Positions 38,879 to 49,088 of a stretch of 64,000 bases of DNA are shown one piece after another. Source of the stretch: Oceanispirochaeta sp. Lineage in GTDB: Bacteria; Spirochaetota; Spirochaetia; DSM-2461. The stretch spans positions 896,001-960,000 of the forward strand of contig CAXXXD010000003.1 of assembly GCA_963663385.2 (NCBI GenBank), written 5' to 3'. A program made the position numbers and the translations under genes. A model generated the notes under the pieces. The model was not told the origin of the DNA, made no database searches, and saw only the letters and a list, made by a program, of their open reading frames with translations. Numbering within the stretch: position 1 is the stretch's first letter; each line of letters begins with the position of its first letter.

Positions 38879-38920
38879 AAACAGTATAATGATTTACTTT
38901 AGGAGCGTGATAAGAAGAGT

Positions 38921-39478
38921 ATGAATCCTGAAATAATCGGTTTACATATTAAAAAAATCAGATTACAGCAGAAACGGACACAACAGGATGTCGCTGATTA
39001 CTGCGGGTTCACTAAAAGCCATATGTCTAAAATCGAGAAGGGAAAGGTAATGCCTTCTATCGGAGTTCTGGCAAAAATTGCAGATTTTCTGAATACGAAG
39101 GTATCCATCCTTCTGGATGAAGAGAAACATGAGGATCTTATTCTTGATAAAAAACAGGCTGTGGAATCCCAGATGATAAAAACTTCCAAGGGGTACTCGG
39201 TTTTTCCCTTTGCAGCCGGTCATGAAGATAAAAAGATGCAGCCTTTCTATTTTGTAACCCGCAAAGATGAGCATAAGCTTCATAAAACCACTCATGAGGG
39301 AGAAGAATTTATGTATGTTCTGGAAGGGAAGATGATTCTGAAAATAGAATCAAAGGAATTCACACTTTCCGAAGGGGACGGATTTTATTTTGATGCGCGT
39401 CTGGAACATCAGACAATCCCTTTGACTGAAACCCTTAGGGTTTTAGATATCTTTTCTCAAATAGAGAAATTAGAGTAG
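38921..39478 (+). CDS. XRE-family HTH regulator with cupin domain
   Basis: TQQDVA..CGFTKSHMSKIEKG..PS, HEGEEFMYVLEG, FDARLEH. Confidence 0.92.
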   Translation: MNPEIIGLHIKKIRLQQKRTQQDVADYCGFTKSHMSKIEKGKVMPSIGVLAKIADFLNTKVSILLDEEKHEDLILDKKQAVESQMIKTSKGYSVFPFAAGHEDKKMQPFYFVTRKDEHKLHKTTHEGEEFMYVLEGKMILKIESKEFTLSEGDGFYFDARLEHQTIPLTETLRVLDIFSQIEKLE

Positions 39479-39635
39479 ATCCTGCCTTTATTTTATCTCC
39501 GCTGCTAATTGGAATACCCATCTTTCTATCGGGATGAACGGAAGATAGGGGATTCTGCCATTACGGATCTGACCAAAACCGGATTTGCGCTTTGAGAAAA
39601 AATCATTTAGCATTTAAGTCGCTTGATTAAGTGAA

Positions 39636-42600
39636 TTGTATTTCTATTTGATTAACAGACTTGGAGATTGGTTGCACTTGAAGCGGACAGTTTTTACCTT
39701 TTTATTGCTACTCTTTAACTGCCTGTTATTACAGGCTCTGGATGAGTCTGAAATTCCGGATTTCAATACATCCGGGGAGGGGCGAAAGTTTCCTATCTTT
39801 CCCAATCCCTATAGATCCGTGACAGAGAATCTTTCAAGGGACGAGTCTTTTGGAGACCTTGAAGATAAAATGATCTCCATTCTGGAGATAGAGCTTGGTG
39901 TAGAGTTTTCAAGGATTGTCGCCCCCGGAGAATCGGACCCTGTTGATTTACTGGATACCGGTCAATGTGTTGTATTTCCTGTATATGATAAGCCCGCTGA
40001 ATTAGCGGGGAATGTGTTTTTTACTTCTGTCTATGCCGAGGTCCCGGTCGGATTCATCATTCCTGTCAATGAAGATTTGGATTTGGGATTAACAGAATTC
40101 CAGAATCCGAAAAGAATTTCTGTTGTTCGGAATTCACTGTCAGAACAGTACATCAGGAAAAACAAAATTGACGAGTACGAACTGCTTTCCGTCACTACCG
40201 TAGAGGAAGCACTGCAGGCTGTTTCATTCGGGCAGACAGACGCCTATCTGGGGAATCTGGATCAGGCAGACGGTTATATTAAAAAACGTGGTATAACTTC
40301 TTTAAAACCAGTGGATCATACTGTATTCACTATCCCCTACCGTTTTGCGGTCAATAGATCGTATCCGGAACTGTATAAACAAATTCAGATAGCTCTGAAA
40401 AATGCGGGCAGGATTGAATCCGAAGTTTTTAGGGAAACATCATCGTCCGACAGTTTCTCCAAAGCTGTTTTAAACGAGATTGAATTCCCGCTGCAGATAA
40501 GGGGGGACTATGCGTATCCGCCCTATGAATACCTTGATGAAAACAATCAGCCAACCGGATTCAATGTTGACATTATTAAAGCTGTAGCGGATGTTTTGGG
40601 ACTGGAGATCAATATCCAGCTGGGTCAGTGGGATGAAGTGAGAAAAGAGCTGGAGAACAGACAGATTGACGCTCTTATAGGAATGTTTGAAACTGTTGAA
40701 AGACAGAAGACCGCAGATTTTTCAGTCCCTCATTTTGTGGCATCCTATGCCATTTTTGTTAACAGGAATTCATCCATACAATCAATTGATGATCTCTATG
40801 GCAAAGTAATAATTGTACAGAACAGCGATATGGGTTATGACTTTATGACTCAGAATATGATTGCGGGAAGACTGATCCTCTGCGATACCCCTGAAGCCGT
40901 GCTGGACAGTCTGAACAGGGGATTGGGGGATGCCGCTATTCTTTCCCGGTTGCAGGGCATCATCATTAAGAAAGAGAAGAATTACAAAAACCTTGTTATC
41001 GCCGGTCCCCCCATTTTAAAGCGGAATTACTGCATCGCCGTTCCGAAAGGCCGCCGGGATCTTCTGGCACTGATAAATGAAGGTCTGAATGAAATCAGAA
41101 GTTCCGGTCAGTATCAGGAGATCTACTCCAAATGGTTTGGTGTTTATGACCGGGAGGATTTAAAAGATTACAGTTCAATAGTCCGTTTGATACTGTTTAT
41201 TCTGCTCTGTATTATAGCTCTGCTGGTCATATTTGTTTTATGGATCCGCTTTTTAAGAAGATTGATCAACCGCAGAACCGGTGAATTGCAGAAAAGCGGT
41301 GAGCAGCTGCGGGTCACCCTTGCTTCTATCGCAGATGCTGTTATTACAACAGATACAGAAGGGCTGATTACTACCATGAATCACACTGCATCTAAAATTA
41401 CCGGTTACATAGAGTCCGAATCTGTAGGACTGCCGCTTCGTGAATGTTACTGTATCTATGATAATTCAACTAACGAAAGGATTGAGGATCCCATTAATGA
41501 AGTCATGCAGACAGGGAATCAGGTTTCCCTGGAAAAACCGGTAAAACTGATAAACAAAAACGGTGATCAGTGGATTATTGATGATTCAGCTGCTCCTATC
41601 AGAACGGAAGATGGGACGGTAATAGGCGTCGTGCTTGTCTTCAGGGATATGACTGAGGAATTGAGAATGCGGGATAAGCTTCTCCAGTCCCAGAAAATGC
41701 GGGCTCTGGGAGAACTGGCCGGCGGAGTCGCTCACGACTTTAACAATATGCTCGGAGGTATAATGGGGAGCGCTGAGCTATTGACACGGTATGTGGAAAA
41801 GGACAGTAAACAGGCCGATTTCCTTAATATAATTATTACTTCCAGCCGAAGGGCCGCGGATCTGACAAAAAAACTTCTGATGTTTTCAAGACACACTCCA
41901 TCGGATATGAAAGCAGTAGATATCAACCTTCCAGTTAAGGAAGCACTGGATCTGCTGGAACATACGGCCGATCCCCGCATCCGGATCATCCCTAACATTT
42001 TAAATACACCAATAATGATCAAAGGCGATGCCTCCTTACTTCAGAATGCTTTCCTGAATTTATTTATCAATGCGGTTCACGCCATGCCGGAAGGGGGGTG
42101 TCTCTGGATTGAAACACGCTTTGTCGAATTAACAACCCCCACTATTAAAGGTTTGGATCAGTCGCTGCCGCCGGGTATCTTTGCAGAGGTTGAGGTAAGG
42201 GATAGTGGGTGCGGTATTCCAAAAGAACTGCAGCAGAGAATCTTCGAACCCTTTTTTACCACAAAGGAACAGGGGGCGGGGACAGGTCTCGGACTGGCCG
42301 CTGTGTTTGGGACGGTAAATCAGCATAAAGGGTCAATTTCCGTATACAGTGAAATCGGAAGAGGAACTGTGTTTAAGCTGTTATTCCCTGTTACTGAGGA
42401 AAACCCCGTTACTTTAAAGGAGTTGGAAAGGGAATATAGGGGGAATAATGAAACCGTACTGGTTGTTGATGATGAACCTGCAATGCAAAATGCGTCAAAG
42501 GGGATGCTGGAGCTGATGGGCATGCAGGTTATTCTGGCAGGGAATGGATTGGAGGCTCTGGAAATATTCCGCAAAAAGAATCCCCTGATTCAACTGGTGT

Positions 42601-42812
42601 TACTGGATATGACAATGCCGGGAATGAACGGGAAGGATTGTTTCTTTGAATTAAAGAAAATCCGTCCGGATGTAAAAGTGATTATTTCATCCGGTTTTGC
42701 TCCTGAAAAAGACATTGAACTTATGAAAGAGCAGGGACTCAGTGGATTTATTCGAAAGCCCTATCAGTACAGAGAGTTGAATCACCAAGTGGCAAAAGTA
42801 ATGGAGTCATAA
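39636..42812 (+). CDS. Hybrid sensor histidine kinase (2x SBP_bac_3, TM, PAS, HisKA/HATPase, REC)
   Basis: [53 protein letters not shown]; start uncertain. Confidence 0.9.
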   Translation: MYFYLINRLGDWLHLKRTVFTFLLLLFNCLLLQALDESEIPDFNTSGEGRKFPIFPNPYRSVTENLSRDESFGDLEDKMISILEIELGVEFSRIVAPGESDPVDLLDTGQCVVFPVYDKPAELAGNVFFTSVYAEVPVGFIIPVNEDLDLGLTEFQNPKRISVVRNSLSEQYIRKNKIDEYELLSVTTVEEALQAVSFGQTDAYLGNLDQADGYIKKRGITSLKPVDHTVFTIPYRFAVNRSYPELYKQIQIALKNAGRIESEVFRETSSSDSFSKAVLNEIEFPLQIRGDYAYPPYEYLDENNQPTGFNVDIIKAVADVLGLEINIQLGQWDEVRKELENRQIDALIGMFETVERQKTADFSVPHFVASYAIFVNRNSSIQSIDDLYGKVIIVQNSDMGYDFMTQNMIAGRLILCDTPEAVLDSLNRGLGDAAILSRLQGIIIKKEKNYKNLVIAGPPILKRNYCIAVPKGRRDLLALINEGLNEIRSSGQYQEIYSKWFGVYDREDLKDYSSIVRLILFILLCIIALLVIFVLWIRFLRRLINRRTGELQKSGEQLRVTLASIADAVITTDTEGLITTMNHTASKITGYIESESVGLPLRECYCIYDNSTNERIEDPINEVMQTGNQVSLEKPVKLINKNGDQWIIDDSAAPIRTEDGTVIGVVLVFRDMTEELRMRDKLLQSQKMRALGELAGGVAHDFNNMLGGIMGSAELLTRYVEKDSKQADFLNIIITSSRRAADLTKKLLMFSRHTPSDMKAVDINLPVKEALDLLEHTADPRIRIIPNILNTPIMIKGDASLLQNAFLNLFINAVHAMPEGGCLWIETRFVELTTPTIKGLDQSLPPGIFAEVEVRDSGCGIPKELQQRIFEPFFTTKEQGAGTGLGLAAVFGTVNQHKGSISVYSEIGRGTVFKLLFPVTEENPVTLKELEREYRGNNETVLVVDDEPAMQNASKGMLELMGMQVILAGNGLEALEIFRKKNPLIQLVLLDMTMPGMNGKDCFFELKKIRPDVKVIISSGFAPEKDIELMKEQGLSGFIRKPYQYRELNHQVAKVMES

Positions 42813-42856
42813 GCGATTTCCGGCAGCTGCCGCCCGGGATACCGCAGATCAGGCCC

Positions 42857-43501
42857 CTACATAAGGTTTCGGGCTGCAATTTCACAGTTTACTCTATCGA
42901 GGATAGACGGAATTTCATGCTTCAGATCAAGAAATGCTTCTGACACTTCGGGGCAAAGCTGAAAATCCGATACATTTTTGATCTCATCCAAAGCTTCCTC
43001 ATAACTGAGAGCCTTGCTGTATGGACGGCTTGAGGTTATGGCGTCAAATGTATCAGCCACAGCAATTATCCTTGCTCCGAAGGGAATCTCTTTTCCTTTC
43101 AGTTGACAGGGGTATCCCTTACCATCCCAGCGTTCATGGTGATGAAGGATGTAGAGGGCTATTTCATTCAGTTTCGGCAGACTGTTTACAATATTATATC
43201 CGATTTCCGAATGATTCCTGATCATTCGGAATTCTTCTTCCGTTAATCTTCCTGGCTTATTCAGAATAAGATCCGGTACACCGATTTTTCCAATATCATG
43301 AAGATGGGCCGCAATATGAATGATTTCCTGCCACTGTTCGGGAATGTTCATATTTCTTGCGATATGTTCACACAGAGCGGAAACCCTCCAGGAATGTTCA
43401 AAGGTATAGGGATCTCTGGCGTTTAATATAACGACGATGGTTTCCATTACTTCATGCATGGTAAAACCGGATAGGGTCGGCAGTTTTTCAGTGATATCCA
43501 T
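42857..43501 (-). CDS. Stand-alone HD-GYP phosphodiesterase
   Basis: TFEHSWRV, LHDIGK, HHERWDGKGYP, ADTFDAITSSRPY. Confidence 0.92.
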   Translation of the reverse strand: MDITEKLPTLSGFTMHEVMETIVVILNARDPYTFEHSWRVSALCEHIARNMNIPEQWQEIIHIAAHLHDIGKIGVPDLILNKPGRLTEEEFRMIRNHSEIGYNIVNSLPKLNEIALYILHHHERWDGKGYPCQLKGKEIPFGARIIAVADTFDAITSSRPYSKALSYEEALDEIKNVSDFQLCPEVSEAFLDLKHEIPSILDRVNCEIAARNLM

Positions 43502-43509
43502 TGGTTTTG

Positions 43510-43538
43510 AAAATACAGCATAGGTATACCTATGTCAA
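43510..43538 (-). promoter_or_regulatory. Sigma70 promoter of the HD-GYP gene containing a perfect 16-bp palindrome
   Basis: Minus strand TTGACA-17-TATTTT; CATAGGTATACCTATG at 43519-43534. Confidence 0.65.
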
Positions 43539-43815
43539 TTAGTACGTGTGTACAATCTTAGTAGTTTGTAATTAAATGAAAAAGGCTATTCCCTTCCCGC
43601 CGCAACAGGAACCCATGAACTAAAGAGTTCAAAAACACATTTCTGTCATATCTATTATTATAAATCGTTTTACAAAAAAATATCGGGATATTAGAATGGC
43701 TTAATTTCATTTTAATGCTCTTGTTGTATATTCAGATATTATTTTATTATCAGGCTGTTTTCTGCGCTTGATTATGGTAAGCATTTATAAATAGTCTGTT
43801 CTGTAAAGGTGGAAT

Positions 43816-44850
43816 ATGTACAGTTTTAAAAACGATTACTCAGACGGAGGACATCCTCTGATATTGCAAGCCCTGGTGGAGACATCAGCTTTTCAGACAG
43901 AAGGTTACGGGGAGGACCGTTTCACTGCAGAAGCCGTTGAAATTCTAAAAAAAGCAATGCAGAGGCAGGATGCGGATATTCACTTTCTGTCCGGTGGAAC
44001 CTTAACCAATCTGACAGCTCTTTCCGCTTTCCTGCGACCTCACGAAGCGGTTATCTCTGCTCATTCCGGTCATATCTATGTGCACGAAACCGGTTCTGTT
44101 GAGGCTACGGGTCATAAGGTTTTCCCCGTGGCAACGGAAGACGGGAAACTCCGGCCGGAACATATACGATCCGTAGTGGAGGAGCATCACTTTGAACATA
44201 TGGTAAAACCCAAACTGGTTTATCTTTCCCAGTCAACAGAAATAGGTACTATCTACTCCCGCAGGGAAGTTAAAGCTCTCAGAGACATCTGCAATGAACT
44301 TAATCTCTATATGTATATGGACGGAGCCCGCCTCAGTTATGCTTTGACTTCAACAGAAAACGATTTAACTCTCCCGGAAATTGCAGAGTTTTTTGATGCG
44401 TTCTATATTGGGGGGACAAAGTGCGGAGCCCTGTTCGGAGAGGCCCTGGCTATCATGAATGAAGATCTTAAACCGGAATTCCGTTATATTATGAAACAAA
44501 GGGGCGGTATACTGGCAAAGGGACGTCTGCTTGCCATTCAGTTTCTCACCCTTTTCCGGGATGGATTATTTTTCAAACTGGGTGAAAACGGAAACAGACT
44601 GGCAGGGAAACTGCAGAAAGGCATTCTGGATCTGGGGTACAAGGTGCAATTTGAGTCCTCTACAAATCAGATTTTCCCCATCTTTCCCGAAAATACCATT
44701 CTCGAGCTGGAAAAGAAATTCCAGTTCTACCGCTGGGAAAAACTGGAAGACAATACCTCTTCTGTCCGGCTTATATGTTCCTGGATGACCGGAGAGAAAT
44801 ATGTGGATGAATTTATCCGTGTGCTGGGAAGTTTTTCAAATGCAGATTGA
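43816..44850 (+). CDS. ltaE: Low-specificity L-threonine aldolase family protein
   Basis: FKNDYS, GYGED, GGTLTN, HIYVHETG, MDGAR, GGTKCG. Confidence 0.85.
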   Translation: MYSFKNDYSDGGHPLILQALVETSAFQTEGYGEDRFTAEAVEILKKAMQRQDADIHFLSGGTLTNLTALSAFLRPHEAVISAHSGHIYVHETGSVEATGHKVFPVATEDGKLRPEHIRSVVEEHHFEHMVKPKLVYLSQSTEIGTIYSRREVKALRDICNELNLYMYMDGARLSYALTSTENDLTLPEIAEFFDAFYIGGTKCGALFGEALAIMNEDLKPEFRYIMKQRGGILAKGRLLAIQFLTLFRDGLFFKLGENGNRLAGKLQKGILDLGYKVQFESSTNQIFPIFPENTILELEKKFQFYRWEKLEDNTSSVRLICSWMTGEKYVDEFIRVLGSFSNAD

Positions 44851-44955
44851 GGTTTCAACCACTCATGAATCTACAGGATTCCCTCTATTAATAAATATAA
44901 AAGTTTCAGGTATGGAAGGAAATTATTATGATATGATGTCCTTGGAGATAACTCT

Positions 44956-46389
44956 GTGGAAGAAGAACTGTTTAATGAAATATCCCTGAACGATGAAAAA
45001 ATACTGAACACCCTCTCGGAAGTCGGGGTCTATATTACAAACTACTCAAATGGTGCAACCCTGGTAAGCAATGTATGGAAAGACCTGCCTGATCATTTTC
45101 GTGTTAACGATAAGGATTATTTTTTTACCCGTTTGATACACCCGGATGACCGGGAAAGAATTTGCAAGGCTCTATCCGATTTATACAACGGGAAACTCCG
45201 GGAGTTTCATGAAATATTCAGAATCGTACTGGATGACGGAACATTACGCTGGGTTTACTCTCTGGGAAAAACTGTACAGAGTACGAAAGACGGAAAACCC
45301 ATCCTGTTTATCGGGTCAGACTCTGATATTACAGACCTTAAGGGGGTGGAAGAGAAACTGCGGATCAGCATTGAAAAGGAGAAGAAGCGGTCCCGGGAAC
45401 TTGAAACACTCAGACAGGTTGTAAGCGCTATCAGTTCCTCCCTGGATATGGAGGAGACCGTCCAGAAGATCCTGTATGAGATCCGGCGGATTATACCTTA
45501 TGAAGCGGGGTCAATTCAGGTATTGAGGGATGGGTATCTTCATGTGATCGGAGCAGAGGGCTTTGAAAACAATGCTGAAATATGTTCCCTGAAATTCAAA
45601 TACCCCGAACTGGGAAGCTTAAGCACTTTAGCCCTTCAGGAGAATAAACCCTGTCTGACCAATGATGTCTCCCTGGATTTTCCCAGGTTTATTCAGCCGG
45701 AAGGCACCCGAAGGATCTGTTCCTGGATAGGTATACCCCTGATTTCCCAGGGCGAAATAATTGGTTTGATGGCTCTTGATGCATACAATACCAACCATTT
45801 TAACAAGCATCATCTGGAACTGGCCGGTATTGTGGGAAACCAGATTTCCATTGCCATGGATAACGCCCGGCTTCATGAAAAAGCTTACAGAATGGCAATG
45901 GAAGATGCTTTAACAGGGATAGGAAGCCGGCACCGTATAAAGATGGAAGGCCGATTAATGTTTGAAACGGCAATCAGATCGCAAAGCAATATTGCTCTTG
46001 TTATTCTGGATATTGATCACTTTAAATCGGTTAATGATGATTTCGGCCATGATTTGGGTGATGTGGTGCTAAAACGGATTGCCGGGGTTTGTACCGAAGA
46101 GATACGCGGGATAGATCTGCTGGGTCGTTACGGAGGAGAAGAGTTCCTGATTGTCCTGCCCGGAACCGATTCTTATCAGGCCGCTAAAGCCATGGATCGG
46201 CTTAGGTCTAAAATACAAACCCTTCAACACCCGGAAATCGGCAGACCCGTAACCGTAAGCGGCGGCCTGTACGCCGGGATACCCCGGGAAAATGAGAAAA
46301 TGGGATATTTTATTTCCATGGCGGATAAAGAACTCTATAAGGCAAAATCCATGGGACGAAACAGAATCTGCTGGAGTAGAAAATCCTGA
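44956..46389 (+). CDS. PAS-GAF-GGDEF diguanylate cyclase
   Basis: IHPDDR PAS, GAF, DALTG, DIDHFK.VND.FGH, RGID I-site, GGEEF. Confidence 0.92.
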   Translation: MEEELFNEISLNDEKILNTLSEVGVYITNYSNGATLVSNVWKDLPDHFRVNDKDYFFTRLIHPDDRERICKALSDLYNGKLREFHEIFRIVLDDGTLRWVYSLGKTVQSTKDGKPILFIGSDSDITDLKGVEEKLRISIEKEKKRSRELETLRQVVSAISSSLDMEETVQKILYEIRRIIPYEAGSIQVLRDGYLHVIGAEGFENNAEICSLKFKYPELGSLSTLALQENKPCLTNDVSLDFPRFIQPEGTRRICSWIGIPLISQGEIIGLMALDAYNTNHFNKHHLELAGIVGNQISIAMDNARLHEKAYRMAMEDALTGIGSRHRIKMEGRLMFETAIRSQSNIALVILDIDHFKSVNDDFGHDLGDVVLKRIAGVCTEEIRGIDLLGRYGGEEFLIVLPGTDSYQAAKAMDRLRSKIQTLQHPEIGRPVTVSGGLYAGIPRENEKMGYFISMADKELYKAKSMGRNRICWSRKS

Positions 46390-46402
46390 AACCAGGACAG
46401 GA

Positions 46403-47662
46403 TCACTCCTGTTTGTTATGTTTGATGAACTCCTTCTCCCCCATAAACAGAAAAACTGTCAGAATCAGTATCCCGGACGTAATACTTATTCCGGCGGAAA
46501 GGGAAAGGGCGTCTGCTGCTGATCCTATCAGGAGGGCAAAAACAGCAGTCCATAAGGTTTCTCCCTGACTCTCCACTGACAGTACGGTTGCCAGGATACC
46601 GGGCTCAATACTGTCTCCCAGATAGCCTACTCCAATTGGTTTTCTGATGTTCTCAAGCAGGTAGATTAGAAGAAAGAAAAGAACTGTCAGCCAGGGAAGG
46701 TTCATATAGAGAAAAATACCCCCCGCCAGACCAGCCAGTGCACCGGTCAGAAGGGTATAGAAGAGAATCCTTCCTCTGTCTTTGAACTTTTTGTGGACTG
46801 CTCCTGCCTGCCGGGATGCGGCAGAACTGATCAGAAAAATTATGAAATAGATAACGCCTATCAGAATGGCGCTGCGCTGCTCTTCACTTTTTTCGATAAG
46901 GAAGGGAAGTGATACTGCTGCGGTCCGAAGAACCGGCTGCAGGTAATCCTTTACAGCCTTATAAAATCCGGCAAACACGGAAACATGGGAAATCCGGCTG
47001 AGGATTGTCCGGTTCCTGATTGCCCTGAAGCTCTCTTTCAGCAGGTTCTTATGAATTCCGGTAGCACTGTCGTCCGAACTCAAACCTCTGTCCAGGTAGG
47101 ACGGGTAGGAGAGAACAAGAAAGAAATCCAGGATATACGGGATGATTGAAAACAGAAAGATCAGGGCGTAATCTTTTGTAATGAAAACGATGAGTCCCGC
47201 AGAAAGGGCGCTCAGGGCCGCCCCTCTCTGTGACCATGACCTTGTATTCCCGTAATACTCTGACTTGTGATCCTCCCACCCCTTTACCTTAAGGTAGTCG
47301 AATATCATGGCTTTATGAGTTCCTGTCCGGCAGGCGTCTCCAAAAGCATAAAAAATCATGGCCGTAAGCAGCATGGCATAGGAATTTGAAAAATAGAGCA
47401 GAAGAAAGGCGAAAATATAGGATAGAAAAGAGGCGAGCATGGTTTTTTTTCTACCCCATCCATCGGCAAAAAGTCCTGTGGGGATCTCAAGTAAATTGAT
47501 AGCCGTCTCCCGAACAGCATAGAGTGTTCCGATTTCCAGAAAGGAGACTCCTCTGGATCGGAGGAAAAGAATGAAAAAGGAGTCGAATAGTCGGAAACTC
47601 TTGAGAAAGCCGTAGGCAGAAAATTTGTAGAACTGCAGATCCTTCCGGAAAGTATCAGTCAA
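46403..47662 (-). CDS. MFS transporter
   Basis: ~12 TM segments, EIPTGLFADGWGRKK; TTG start after AGGAGG. Confidence 0.88.
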   Translation of the reverse strand: MTDTFRKDLQFYKFSAYGFLKSFRLFDSFFILFLRSRGVSFLEIGTLYAVRETAINLLEIPTGLFADGWGRKKTMLASFLSYIFAFLLLYFSNSYAMLLTAMIFYAFGDACRTGTHKAMIFDYLKVKGWEDHKSEYYGNTRSWSQRGAALSALSAGLIVFITKDYALIFLFSIIPYILDFFLVLSYPSYLDRGLSSDDSATGIHKNLLKESFRAIRNRTILSRISHVSVFAGFYKAVKDYLQPVLRTAAVSLPFLIEKSEEQRSAILIGVIYFIIFLISSAASRQAGAVHKKFKDRGRILFYTLLTGALAGLAGGIFLYMNLPWLTVLFFLLIYLLENIRKPIGVGYLGDSIEPGILATVLSVESQGETLWTAVFALLIGSAADALSLSAGISITSGILILTVFLFMGEKEFIKHNKQE

Positions 47663-47856
47663 TATTCAGTCCTCCTGAATCCATCTCTCTCCATACTAAC
47701 AGAATCCCTGCTCTTCTAGAAAGGGTGGGTTGCAGATAAAATAGGGGCAACAAAGTAGAAAACTGCTTCATTCATTTGAAAAAAGCTCAACTTTCCGGTA
47801 TTTTTAATACTTAGCATCCCAACCGGGATCCATTACGGGAGGATCGATCGTTTTTT

Positions 47857-49080
47857 ATGAAATTATATAGCCGGAATCAGGTTTTTTTCTATTCGGTTGC
47901 CACGGCTCTGGTGGTGATTCTGCTTTTAATGGGCTTTGGAGCTCTCTCTTTTTCTGGTAGAACGGATATTCAGAAGGAGCAGATGGTCCGGCAGGATCTG
48001 ATGGCTGAGGATATCCTCCATACTTCCGAGCTTGATCCGAATCTGGGACTGAATGTCAGCAGCAATTCTGAGTATTCTGCGGATGAACTGAATAATATAA
48101 GAGTATACGAAGCCTTGAACGAAGCGGTTGTGAATATCACTACCGAAGTTGTGGGATATAACTGGTTCCTGGAACCGATCCCTCAGGAGGGTTCCTCCGG
48201 TTCGGGTTCAATTATTGACAAGAGGGGCTTTGTACTGACCAATAATCATGTGGTGGACAAGGCATATAAAGTATATATAACTCTGGCTGACGGCACCCAG
48301 TATGAAGGGGAGGTCATTGGCACGGATTATGAAAATGATCTGTCTGTACTCAAGTTTGATCCCGGAGAAAGGGACCTGGTTACCATCCCCTTCGGTACGT
48401 CAGAGAATCTGAAGGTCGGTCAGAAAGTCATTGCCATAGGCAACCCTTTTGCCTTTGAACGAACCCTTACAACAGGAATCGTTTCAGGGTTGGGGCGGCC
48501 CCTCAAAAACAATGCCGGACTGGTCATCCGGGATATGATCCAGACTGATGCGTCCATTAATCCCGGGAATTCAGGGGGTCCCCTGATTAATTCCAGAGGG
48601 GAAATGATCGGAATTAATACAATGATCTACACACCTTCAGGGGGATCGGTAGGGGTCGGCTTTGCCATCCCTGTTGACACCGCCCGGCGGGTTGTTCCCG
48701 ACCTGATGACCTACGGAATGGTTCAGCGGGGCTGGATTGATATTGTTCCCGTACAGCTATTCCCCTCTCTGGTCCGCTATGCGAATCTTCCTGTCTCTCA
48801 GGGAATCCTGGTATCCCGTGTGGTTTCCGGAGGCAATGCGGAAAAAGCCGGGGTTCAGGGCGGTTCAAACAGGCAGGCCGTCCGGAGCGGTTCTTCTGTT
48901 ATCTATCTGGGGGGAGACATAATTGTGGGTATTAATGGGAAAGCGGTGGCCACCCTTTCTGATTTCTACGGAGCCCTTGAAAATACCCGTCCCGGAGATT
49001 CCATTACGGTACAGGTTGTCAGGGGAAAGCAGACCAGGCAGTTTGATGTTGTCCTTTCCGAAAGGCCCTCTGAAAATTAA
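47857..49080 (+). CDS. HtrA/S1C serine protease with PDZ
   Basis: GSGS, TNNHVV, IAIGNPF, QTDASINPGNSGGPL. Confidence 0.93.
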   Translation: MKLYSRNQVFFYSVATALVVILLLMGFGALSFSGRTDIQKEQMVRQDLMAEDILHTSELDPNLGLNVSSNSEYSADELNNIRVYEALNEAVVNITTEVVGYNWFLEPIPQEGSSGSGSIIDKRGFVLTNNHVVDKAYKVYITLADGTQYEGEVIGTDYENDLSVLKFDPGERDLVTIPFGTSENLKVGQKVIAIGNPFAFERTLTTGIVSGLGRPLKNNAGLVIRDMIQTDASINPGNSGGPLINSRGEMIGINTMIYTPSGGSVGVGFAIPVDTARRVVPDLMTYGMVQRGWIDIVPVQLFPSLVRYANLPVSQGILVSRVVSGGNAEKAGVQGGSNRQAVRSGSSVIYLGGDIIVGINGKAVATLSDFYGALENTRPGDSITVQVVRGKQTRQFDVVLSERPSEN

Positions 49081-49088
49081 AGGAAAAT

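Noticed and set aside
29741..39478. Canonical urate/purine degradation or ectoine (eut/doe) cluster
   Set aside because: It lacks xdh/ssnA/hyuA/ygeW and the diaminobutyrate transaminase/dehydrogenase; the M24 enzyme retains metal ligands and the binding pocket differs
43560..43815. Riboswitch between the HD-GYP gene and ltaE
   Set aside because: Only a small hairpin (GAAC-N6-GTTC); I could not match c-di-GMP, glycine or cobalamin consensus elements by eye. An Rfam scan would settle it
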